From: Spirochaetia bacterium
Lineage (GTDB): Bacteria; Spirochaetota; Spirochaetia; SZUA-6; Bin103
Reading direction: 5' to 3'
DNA: 64,000 bases
Assembly (NCBI GenBank): GCA_965203055.1
Contig: OZ241863.1
Location: forward strand, 3,744,001 to 3,808,000
In this document: piece after piece, positions 1 to 8,189 of the stretch
Layout of the letters: each line of letters opens with the position of its first letter
Position numbering within the stretch: position 1 is the first letter of the stretch
Translations under genes and position numbers: made by a program
Notes under the pieces: model-generated
Databases searched by the model: none
What the model saw: only the letters and a program-made list of their open reading frames with translations
Told to the model about the DNA's origin: nothing

Positions 1-420
1 TTCGCGCTCGGGCCGCAACCGTTCACCGCCACCGCCGGCGCAGTCCACCGCCTGGTGCTCTACGACCGGAGCGCCTGGCAGTCGCCCTACGGCGAATTCC
101 TCACCAACTTCATCGGCATCGAGGCCGACCGCCGCCTGCACCTCCAGCACGAACCGTCGACCTGGTACCTGTTGAGCCGCCTGCAGACCAGCTTCCTGCG
201 CGAACGACTCAGCGCCGAAGCGACCGCGGTGTGGGGCGTCACCGAGCAGGCGCTGCATCTGGCGCCGCGGCTGAGCTACGCGATCAGCGACGCCTGGTCG
301 GTGGCCGGCGGCGCCAACCTGTGGCTGATGCTCGACGGCCCCGACAGCGCCAGGACGGGACTGCTGCGCCGGGACGACGCCAAAGACAACCTGTTCTTCC
401 GCACCACGCTACGCTACTGA
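1..420 (+). CDS. Partial (5'-truncated) hypothetical protein, probable outer-membrane beta-barrel C-terminus
   Basis: Frame open from base 1. Amphipathic beta-strand pattern (APRLSYAISDAWSVAGGANLW), ending LFFRTTLRY with a terminal aromatic residue. Confidence 0.55.
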   Translation, partial: FALGPQPFTATAGAVHRLVLYDRSAWQSPYGEFLTNFIGIEADRRLHLQHEPSTWYLLSRLQTSFLRERLSAEATAVWGVTEQALHLAPRLSYAISDAWSVAGGANLWLMLDGPDSARTGLLRRDDAKDNLFFRTTLRY

Positions 421-425
421 CGCCG

Positions 426-977
426 CTAACTCGCCGCCTCCTGCTTCATAAGCGTGAGCTGCTCTGCGGCCGTCTTCGTTGCCATAATGGCCATGAGGGC
501 GAAGCCGCTGACCTTGAGTTCGTTATCCATCAGTTCGTACTTCAGGGTCTGAGGAGCCGCCAACAGCGTCGGTCTGAGGGCTTCAGGAACGGTGTCTTCC
601 GGGACTATACTGGCGATGGTAACGGCGATCTCCGCTTCGCTCACCTTGATGCTCCCGGTCACGTCGATCGGCGGCTGCGCCGGCGCTGATTCCGGCGCGG
701 TGGTGGTTACCTTGAGCGAAACGGTATCCTTGTTCGAGCCGGTGCCCTTCGCGATAGTTGCCGTGACGGTCCTCGTCACCGGAATCTCCTGCGCCGGAGT
801 CTCTCCAGCCGCCGGAATAGAGACCGTCCCGGCTATCTCACCCGACATCCAGGTGCCCACCAGCGGCGTCACGTAATCTTTCGTCGTCGTCGTTCCTGCT
901 GCGCCGCCGCAGCCGGCCAACACCGCTATGGCGGCGAGCGCGACCACCCCGCCGAGTGAAACGAATCTGCATTTCAT
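426..977 (-). CDS. Hypothetical lipoprotein
   Basis: ATG at 977 after a GGAGG RBS. Signal peptide MKCRFVSLGGVVALAAIAVLAG-C with lipobox LAGC. Confidence 0.75.
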   Translation of the reverse strand: MKCRFVSLGGVVALAAIAVLAGCGGAAGTTTTKDYVTPLVGTWMSGEIAGTVSIPAAGETPAQEIPVTRTVTATIAKGTGSNKDTVSLKVTTTAPESAPAQPPIDVTGSIKVSEAEIAVTIASIVPEDTVPEALRPTLLAAPQTLKYELMDNELKVSGFALMAIMATKTAAEQLTLMKQEAAS

Positions 978-1025
978 TCCGATTCCTCCCCGCGTGGGCG
1001 CATTCGGTGCGCCCACGTACCCTTG

Positions 1026-1054
1026 AGCATGCGACGGCCCGGGCGGCCCGTCAA
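1026..1054 (-). promoter_or_regulatory. Candidate sigma70 promoter of the lipoprotein gene
   Basis: Minus strand TTGACG-17 bp-CATGCT. Confidence 0.45.
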
Positions 1055-1062
1055 GCTGCGCG

Positions 1063-1191
1063 CTACGCGAGCAGTTCGTCGGCGGTATGGAGGAGCTTGA
1101 GCGCTTCCAGGTTGTCGCCTTCGATCAGCAGGTTCCGCGTCGATTCCCAGGCGACGCTCTCCTCGGGGTCTCCAGCGGTGATTCGCTTCAT
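1063..1191 (-). pseudogene. Collapsed remnant of a type III restriction-modification Mod methyltransferase
   Basis: Translates to MKRITAGDPEESVAWESTRNLLIEGDNLEALKLLHTADELLA*. NLLIEGDNLEALKLL is the hallmark segment just before DPPY in type III Mod; the catalytic region is absent. Confidence 0.7.
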
Positions 1192-1210
1192 GTCATTGCT
1201 CCGAACAGAG

Positions 1211-1238
1211 GAGGGCCGGCCGCGGTGGGCCGGCCCTC
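1211..1238. terminator. GC-rich hairpin downstream of the SBP gene (terminator or stabilising stem)
   Basis: Perfect 11-bp stem GAGGGCCGGCC-gcggtg-GGCCGGCCCTC. No clear U-tract. Confidence 0.45.
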
Positions 1239-1270
1239 TCGAATAGCGGTGGGATCTGCGGGAAGGAGAT

Positions 1271-3301
1271 CTACTCGCGGTCGAACCAGAGCTGGTCGGC
1301 CCAGTACATCAGGTTGCCCTTCCAGTCGGTGTTGGAGACCGGAAACTCGGTCGGGACGTTGCGCAGGTCGTTGCTGGTGAGCAGCACCGCCGGCGCCTCG
1401 CCGACGGTACCGATGGCAAACACGTTGTCACCGGTCCAGTCGTACATGCGCTGGGCCAGCTCGAACCACTCTTGGGAACCGAACTCGGAGAGGCGGAACT
1501 GGCGCTGCCACTCGAAGTAGCGCTGCCACTCCTCCGGCGGCTCGGTGCCGGGCAATTCGCCGCCGTAATCCTCCAGCCGGCGCTCGCCGCGCTCCACCGC
1601 CACGCGCGCCGTCTCCCAGATGTCGTAGCTGCCGGCCATGTTGAAGTCGCCGTGCAGGCCGACGCCGCCGGAACCGGCGCCGTCGTTGATCCAGTTCCAG
1701 AACTCGGTAATGGCGTCGATGATTCCCGGCTGCAGCATGAACTCGTCCTGATCCCGATTCTCGCCCCAGGCGGCGTTGTCCACCAGGCGCGGCACCACGC
1801 GCAGATCGACCTCCGCCCATTGCGCGATCTCGATCTCGAACAGCTTGCTGATGTCCACCGAACCGCCGGTGCGGGCGGCGACCTGGATGGTCAGGTTGGA
1901 GCCGTCCGGGAAGGTGCGAAAGCCGTCGCGGTCGCGCCCGTCGAGCCCGATCTCGTCGAGCAGCCGGCCCGCCAGCTCGGGATCGTAGGTCGCCCACAGG
2001 GTCTGCCACTCCGGCTTGTAGAAGCGCGCCCCGGAATGGATCGTGGCCGCGGTCGGGCGGCCCAGGCCGAGGAAGTACACTTCGTTCAACTCGTCGCGGT
2101 CCAGCGCCACCGACATGGCGCGCCGGAAGCGCACGTCCCGGAACAGGTCGCGGTACTTCTCGTCCTTGTAGGTGGGGTTGAAGCCGAAGGCGCGCCCCAC
2201 GTCGATGCCCGGAATCAGGGTGATCTTGTAGTTGCCGCGCTCCTCGTTCTCCTTGTAGTCGGGCAATGACGCGAAGTTGGTCTGCGCGATGGCCCAGTCC
2301 ACCTCGCCGGCGATTGCCTTGAGGTTGAACACCTCCACGTCAGCGTTGGGCGTGGACAGCACGCGGTCGATGTAGGGAAGCTGCTGCCCGGCCGGATCGA
2401 CCTTCCAGAAGTAGGGGTTGCGCTCCCACACTTCGGCCTGCGCGCTGATCTCCTTGGGCGCCCACGGGAACATGGTCGGCGTCTCCAGCAGACCCACGCC
2501 CACCGTGATGTCCCAGTGCGCGATCAACGCTTCCCCCCAGGTTTCGAAGCCTTCTTCTTCGGCCAGCTTCTGGGCGTCCTTGTTGTAGCGGATGTGCCAC
2601 CGCTTGAGGAACGAACTCGGCGCGTACTGCACGTAGTTGCCGCCCTTCCAGGTGGTCCAGCCGGGGATGATGACGTGGTCCTCGGCGGAAAGGTGGAACT
2701 GCATCGTGTAGTCGTCGATCTTGGAGATCCGCGTGGCGGTGGGCGGCGTCTCGTTGGGGCGCCAGCCGGGATCGACGCGGTCGTCCCACTTCAGGTCCTC
2801 CATCACGAACTTGATGTCGTCCACCACGAACGGGTCGCCGTTGGACCACCTGGTGCCCGGCCGCAACTCCAGGGTGACGGTCAGGCCGTCCGCCGACACG
2901 TCGTATCCCTTGGCGATGTTGGGCAGGATTTCGCGCGTCTCCTGGTGCATCTTCAGCAGGTAGATGTCCACTTCCTGGTTGGTCATCTCATGCCCGCGCC
3001 GATTCATGGCGCCGGTGGCATCCGACACCCGCAAGGTGCCGCCATACTTGCCGACGCCGTCGGCGAGCATCTCCTGCACCACCGGTTCGACGGCGATGCG
3101 CTCCTCCAGCGGCGGCAGCTCGCCGGCCGCCACCATGGCCGCCAGCATCGGCGCCTCGCTGAACTGGCCGCTGGCCGCGGTCATGGCGGTCGCGGCGCTG
3201 CCGCCCTGCTCGTCGGCTTCGCCGCCGGCCAGCACCAGGGCCGGCCCCCCCCCTAGCGCCAAACCAAACGCCAGCAATCGCTTCACTACGGTATGCATCA
3301 C
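1271..3301 (-). CDS. ABC transporter substrate-binding protein, family 5 (Opp/Dpp-like), orphan
   Basis: EAPMLAAMVAAGELPPLEERI, GKYGGTLR, WSNGDPF, ERNPYFWKVDPAGQQLPYID and DVRFRRAMSVALDR motifs; AGGAGG RBS; signal peptide. Confidence 0.9.
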   Translation of the reverse strand: MMHTVVKRLLAFGLALGGGPALVLAGGEADEQGGSAATAMTAASGQFSEAPMLAAMVAAGELPPLEERIAVEPVVQEMLADGVGKYGGTLRVSDATGAMNRRGHEMTNQEVDIYLLKMHQETREILPNIAKGYDVSADGLTVTLELRPGTRWSNGDPFVVDDIKFVMEDLKWDDRVDPGWRPNETPPTATRISKIDDYTMQFHLSAEDHVIIPGWTTWKGGNYVQYAPSSFLKRWHIRYNKDAQKLAEEEGFETWGEALIAHWDITVGVGLLETPTMFPWAPKEISAQAEVWERNPYFWKVDPAGQQLPYIDRVLSTPNADVEVFNLKAIAGEVDWAIAQTNFASLPDYKENEERGNYKITLIPGIDVGRAFGFNPTYKDEKYRDLFRDVRFRRAMSVALDRDELNEVYFLGLGRPTAATIHSGARFYKPEWQTLWATYDPELAGRLLDEIGLDGRDRDGFRTFPDGSNLTIQVAARTGGSVDISKLFEIEIAQWAEVDLRVVPRLVDNAAWGENRDQDEFMLQPGIIDAITEFWNWINDGAGSGGVGLHGDFNMAGSYDIWETARVAVERGERRLEDYGGELPGTEPPEEWQRYFEWQRQFRLSEFGSQEWFELAQRMYDWTGDNVFAIGTVGEAPAVLLTSNDLRNVPTEFPVSNTDWKGNLMYWADQLWFDRE

Positions 3302-3374
3302 TGCACCTCCTCCTCGGCTGGTTTCCCCCTGTTATCGGGTAAGCGTGACAGGCTACGATACCGATGGTTCAGAG

Positions 3375-5105
3375 ATGCGGTCAACCATTCGTTTCGCGGG
3401 TCTCGCCGGCGCCGCCCGCGCGGCGCCGGGATTGGCGCGCGCGGCGCTGTTCGGCGTTGCGGCGCTGTTCGGCGCCGCGGCCTGCGCTTCCCTGGCGCGG
3501 GACCCGGCGCCCGGCGGCGGCGCCCCGGTAACGGTCGCCGCGTTCCCGCTGGCGGCCGGGCAGTGCGGCGGCGGCTTCGCCGCCCTGGACCTGCCGCACG
3601 AGATCGAGGTCGCCTCGCCGCGGGTGTTCAACTACGACTCGCTGGGCGCCGGACTGGCCGCCGGCGACCTGGACAACGACGGCGACGTCGATCTGGCGCT
3701 GGCCAACCTGGACGGCCCCACGGCGCTGTTGTGGAACGAGACCGCGCCCGGCGGAGCGCTGCGCTTTCGCCGCCGCGACCTGACCGACGCCGCCTCCAGC
3801 AAGCCCACCAGCGCCGTCCTGGCGGTCGACGCCAACGCCGACGGCTGGCTCGACCTGGCCCTCACCCACACCAGCCGGCCGCCCACCTTGTGGCGCAACG
3901 AGCCGCGCGCCGGCGGCGGCGGCCGCACCTTCGTGCGCGATCCCGACTTCGCGGCCGGCTACTTCGCCCACGTAATGGATTGGGCCGATCTGGACGCCGA
4001 CGGCGATCTGGACATCGTTACCGCCACCTACGACTACCTGCTGGCCAAGGAGTTCGGCGGCTTCATCCCCGGCGGAGGAGTGGCCTACTACGAGAACCGC
4101 GGCGCCGGCCTGCTGCCCGCGCTGCTCACCTCCGGCGCCGACGCGCTGGCCGTGCTGGTGACCGACCTGGACGGCGACGGCAGCCGGGAGATCATCATCG
4201 GCAACGACTACGCGCGGCCGGACTACGTCTTCACCCGCAGCGCCGCCGCTCCTCCGCCGGGCTGGGCCGAGATCACGCCGCTGGCCGCCACTCCCACCAA
4301 CACCATGAGCTACGCCGCCGGCGACGTCGACAACGACGGCCGCCCGGAATTGTTCGCCGCGGACATGAAGCCGTACCGGGACGACGCCGAGACCCGCGCG
4401 GCCTGGGGCGGCCTCGCCGGCGGGGCGCCGCCCGATGCGGTGCAGACCGACGCCAACGTGCTGCTGGCGGCGGGCGGCGACGGCAGCTACCGCGACCGCG
4501 CGCCGGAGGCGGGGGTGGATGCGACCGGCTGGAGCTGGTCGGCCAAGTTCGGCGACCTGGACCAGGACGGGAACCTGGACCTGTACGTCGTCAACGGGGT
4601 GATCACGGTCGAGGTGTTCGGCCACCTGCCGGGCGATGAGCTGGTGGAGGAGAACCAGGCCCTGCGCGGCGACGGCCGCGGCGGCTTCACTGCGGTACCG
4701 CAGTGGGGTCTGGGCAGCACCCGCAGCGGGCGCGGCATGAGCATGGCCGACCTGGACGGGGACGGCGACCTGGACATCGTGGTGAGCAACCTGCGCGCGC
4801 CGTCGCAAGTGTTCGAGAACCGGCTGTGCGGCGGGGGCGGCGGCCTGCTGGTCGACCTGCGCCAGCCCGGCACCCCCAACACCCACGCCGTCGGCGCGCG
4901 CGCCGTGCTGGTGACCGCGGCCGGGGTGCGGCAGAGCCGCGTGGTGCGCGCGCAGAGCGGCTATCTGTCGGGCGACCCCAGCCGCCTGCACTTCGCCGTT
5001 CCGGCCGGCGACGCCCCGGCCCGGCTGGAGATTACCTGGCCGGACGGCGCGCGCTCGGTGGTGAACGAGCCGGCCGCGGCGCGGCTGGAAGTGACCCGCC
5101 GGTGA
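3375..5105 (+). CDS. CRTAC1-like FG-GAP repeat / ASPIC-UnbV lipoprotein (paralog 1)
   Basis: Repeated DxDxDGDxD motifs, C-terminal NTHAVGAR...SGYLSGDPSRLHF...ITWPDG, lipobox-like AAAC. Confidence 0.85.
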   Translation: MRSTIRFAGLAGAARAAPGLARAALFGVAALFGAAACASLARDPAPGGGAPVTVAAFPLAAGQCGGGFAALDLPHEIEVASPRVFNYDSLGAGLAAGDLDNDGDVDLALANLDGPTALLWNETAPGGALRFRRRDLTDAASSKPTSAVLAVDANADGWLDLALTHTSRPPTLWRNEPRAGGGGRTFVRDPDFAAGYFAHVMDWADLDADGDLDIVTATYDYLLAKEFGGFIPGGGVAYYENRGAGLLPALLTSGADALAVLVTDLDGDGSREIIIGNDYARPDYVFTRSAAAPPPGWAEITPLAATPTNTMSYAAGDVDNDGRPELFAADMKPYRDDAETRAAWGGLAGGAPPDAVQTDANVLLAAGGDGSYRDRAPEAGVDATGWSWSAKFGDLDQDGNLDLYVVNGVITVEVFGHLPGDELVEENQALRGDGRGGFTAVPQWGLGSTRSGRGMSMADLDGDGDLDIVVSNLRAPSQVFENRLCGGGGGLLVDLRQPGTPNTHAVGARAVLVTAAGVRQSRVVRAQSGYLSGDPSRLHFAVPAGDAPARLEITWPDGARSVVNEPAAARLEVTRR

Positions 5106-6787
5106 GCGCCGCCGCCCGCGCGGCAGCGCTGGGGCTGGCGCTGCTGCTGGCGGCCTGCGCCTCGCTCCCGCCCGGCGCGGACCTCACGGCCCCGCCGCCC
5201 TACACGGTCACTCCCCTCGCCGCGCCGGCGGCGTGCAGCGGCGGCTTTGCCGCCCGCGACCTCGACCACCGCATCCAATGGCTGGGCGGGCGCATCACCA
5301 ACTTCGATACCATCGGCTCCGGCCTCGCCGCCGGCGACCTGGACGACGACGGCGACCTCGATCTGGTGCTCGCCAACCTCGCCCGGCCCGGCACGGTGTA
5401 CTGGAACGACGGCGCGCTGCGCTTCCGCGCCGAGCCGCTGGCCACCGGCGCCGCGCGCGGCGTGAACGCCATCGACTTCGACGGCGACGGCTGGCTCGAC
5501 CTGGCCTTCACCCATCCCGCGGCGCCGCCCTCGCTGTGGCTCAACCAGGGCGCCGCGGCCGCCGCCGGCGCCGCGGCCCGCGACCGGTTCCAGCGCGTGG
5601 CGCGGCTGGGCGCCGGCTACGTAGCCAACGCCATGGGCTGGGCCGACCTGGACGGCGACGGCGACCTCGATCTGGTCACCGGCAGCTACAACAGCGAGCT
5701 GCCGGCGGTGAGCGCGGGCTTTGCCATCGGCGGCGGCGTGGCCTACTACGAGAACCGGGGAGAGCGCCTGGCCCTGACCGTGCTGGCGCCGACCGCCGAG
5801 GCGCTGGCGGTGCTGCTCACCGACCTGGACGGCGACGCGCTGCTCGACATCGTGGTAGGCAACGACTACGACCATCCTGACCAGGTCTTCCTGCGCGACC
5901 CCGCGGCCGAACACGGCTGGCGGGCGGCGCCGCTGTTCCGGGCCACCGCCACCAACACCATGAGCTACGACGCCGGCGACGTCGACAACGACGGCCGCCC
6001 GGAGCTGTTCGCGGCCGACATGAAGCCGTACCGGCGCGACCCGGCGGTGAGCTACGCCTGGGAACGCATCACCATCCTGCCGCCGCCGGACGACGTGCAG
6101 ACCAACGAGAACGTGCTGCTCATCCCCGGCGGCGCGGCCGGGGCCGCCGCCTACGACAACGACGCCCCCGCGCGCGGCGTGGACGCCACCGGCTGGACCT
6201 GGTCGGCCAAGTTCGGCGACCTCGACAGCGACGGGTTTCTCGACCTGTACGCGGTCAACGGGATGATCGACTCGCTGGTGTTCGGCCACCTGCCGGGCGA
6301 CGAGCTGGTGGAGGAGAACCAAGCCCTGCGCAACCGCGGCGACGGCACCTTCGAGCCGGCGCCGCAGTGGGGGCTGGGCAGCGAACGCAGCGGCCGCGGC
6401 ATGAGCATGGCCGACCTGGACGGCGACGGAGACCTGGACGTGGTGGTCAGCAACATGCGCCGGCCGTCGCAGGTATTCGAGAACCGTATCTGCGGCGGAT
6501 CCAACCTGCTGGTCGACCTGCGCCAGCCCGGCACCCGCAACACCCACGCCATCGGCGCGCAGGTGACGTTGACCGGCGAACACGGCGGCGCGCCGTTGCG
6601 CCTGCTGCGGGAAGTGCGCTCCCAGAGCGGTTACCTGTCCGGCGACCCCAGCCGCCTGCACTTCGGCATCCCGCGCGGCGCCGCCCTGCGCCGCCTGCAG
6701 ATCCGCTGGCCCGACGGCACCCTGTCCGCCATCCCGAACCCCGCCGCCGGCACCCTGATCAGCGTCACCTACCCCCCTGAACCGTAG
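5102..6787 (+). CDS. CRTAC1-like FG-GAP repeat / ASPIC-UnbV lipoprotein (paralog 2)
   Basis: GTGA overlap with the upstream stop, lipobox LAAC, same FG-GAP and ASPIC-UnbV motifs, colinear with paralog 1. Confidence 0.85.
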   Translation: MSAAARAAALGLALLLAACASLPPGADLTAPPPYTVTPLAAPAACSGGFAARDLDHRIQWLGGRITNFDTIGSGLAAGDLDDDGDLDLVLANLARPGTVYWNDGALRFRAEPLATGAARGVNAIDFDGDGWLDLAFTHPAAPPSLWLNQGAAAAAGAAARDRFQRVARLGAGYVANAMGWADLDGDGDLDLVTGSYNSELPAVSAGFAIGGGVAYYENRGERLALTVLAPTAEALAVLLTDLDGDALLDIVVGNDYDHPDQVFLRDPAAEHGWRAAPLFRATATNTMSYDAGDVDNDGRPELFAADMKPYRRDPAVSYAWERITILPPPDDVQTNENVLLIPGGAAGAAAYDNDAPARGVDATGWTWSAKFGDLDSDGFLDLYAVNGMIDSLVFGHLPGDELVEENQALRNRGDGTFEPAPQWGLGSERSGRGMSMADLDGDGDLDVVVSNMRRPSQVFENRICGGSNLLVDLRQPGTRNTHAIGAQVTLTGEHGGAPLRLLREVRSQSGYLSGDPSRLHFGIPRGAALRRLQIRWPDGTLSAIPNPAAGTLISVTYPPEP

Positions 6788-6875
6788 CCGGCAAGCCCGC
6801 ACCGGCGGACACCCACACTCGCAGCGCACCGAGACCAGCTTGCGCCGCGGTCGCCGGTCCGGCATCGTAGTGCTC

Positions 6876-8189
6876 ATGGCACAGCCATTTGAGCCTCCGC
6901 GCGACATCTGGGAGGTCAACCGGACCATGCACGTCAATGAGCCGCTGGACGGCGACCGGGACCCGCGCTGGGTGGATACCGAACCGGCACGCGGTGAGTA
7001 CAGCCTGAATGAACTGTGTCGAACGCTGGGAGTGGACCGTTCCAGGCGGGAACTGACGGCGCCCGACGACGGCTACTACCTGTTCTGCGGCCATCGCGGC
7101 AGCGGCAAGAGCACCGAGCTGCGGCGCATTGCCCGTGAGCTCCACGACGAAACGCTCTACTACGTGGTGTTCGCCGACACCGCGCAAGAACTCGACGTCA
7201 ACAACCTGCGGTACCAGGACGTCCTGCTTCACCTTGCCGGCAAGCTCATGGCACGACTCGATCGCGATAGTGTTCCTGTTGAACAGGTATACCTGCGCAA
7301 GCTCCAGGACTGGTTTACGGAGCGCGTCGAAAGAACAGAACATACCAGAGCGTTCGCGCTGGATGCGAAGGCAGGCATCAGTGCCACGGTAGGACTCCCT
7401 TTTCTGGCCAAGGTATTCGCGCATATCAGCACTGCGTTCAAGACCAACACGACGTACAAGGCTGAACTGAGACGTACGCTGCGTAACAACTTCAGCGACT
7501 TCTCGGAGGGATTCAATCAAATCATCAGCGCCGCCGAAGCCAAAATCGGCCGCCGGATATTGTTCGTGATCGACGGCACCGATCGTCTCGGCGGCGATGA
7601 CGCGCAAGCGTTCTTCGTCGCGGACGTGCATCAACTGCAGCAGGTGCATGGCGTGTTCGTGTATTGCGCACCGGTCCACCTGGCTTACGAGGGCAATAAC
7701 ATCAGGCAGAACTTCAAAGAAATCTTCCGATTGCCGATGATCAAAGTTGCAAACGACGACGGATCTCGGCATGCTGAAGGGTATACGGCGATGCGGGAGA
7801 TGCTGCATCGGCGCGCGGCTCCCGAACTATTCGATAGCGGCGTCGCCGACCTTCTGATCGAGCATAGCGGAGGTCATCCGCGTGATCTGCTGCAACTCTT
7901 GCTGAAAGCTCACTCACACGCCGAGCACGACCGTTTCGATGATACCTCGGCTCGTCAAGCGGTGCGCAAGCTGGCGACTGAATACCGGCGCATCCTGACG
8001 GCGGACGACTATCAACTTCTGGCAAGGATCGACGCCACCCCTCAAACCCCGCCAAGCTCCGAGCGCGTTCGCGGGTTGCTCTACAACCTGGCACTGTTGG
8101 AGTACAACGACTTCTACTGGCGCAGCCATCCCGTCATCCGGACGCTGCCGGCATACGAGGCCGCGCGTAGAGCCGTCACCGATGAGTGA
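6876..8189 (+). CDS. P-loop ATPase (KAP/STAND-like AAA family)
   Basis: Walker A GHRGSGKST, Walker B ILFVIDGTD, SGGHPRDLL (GxP-like), C-terminal LLEYN..W..HP. Confidence 0.8.
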   Translation: MAQPFEPPRDIWEVNRTMHVNEPLDGDRDPRWVDTEPARGEYSLNELCRTLGVDRSRRELTAPDDGYYLFCGHRGSGKSTELRRIARELHDETLYYVVFADTAQELDVNNLRYQDVLLHLAGKLMARLDRDSVPVEQVYLRKLQDWFTERVERTEHTRAFALDAKAGISATVGLPFLAKVFAHISTAFKTNTTYKAELRRTLRNNFSDFSEGFNQIISAAEAKIGRRILFVIDGTDRLGGDDAQAFFVADVHQLQQVHGVFVYCAPVHLAYEGNNIRQNFKEIFRLPMIKVANDDGSRHAEGYTAMREMLHRRAAPELFDSGVADLLIEHSGGHPRDLLQLLLKAHSHAEHDRFDDTSARQAVRKLATEYRRILTADDYQLLARIDATPQTPPSSERVRGLLYNLALLEYNDFYWRSHPVIRTLPAYEAARRAVTDE

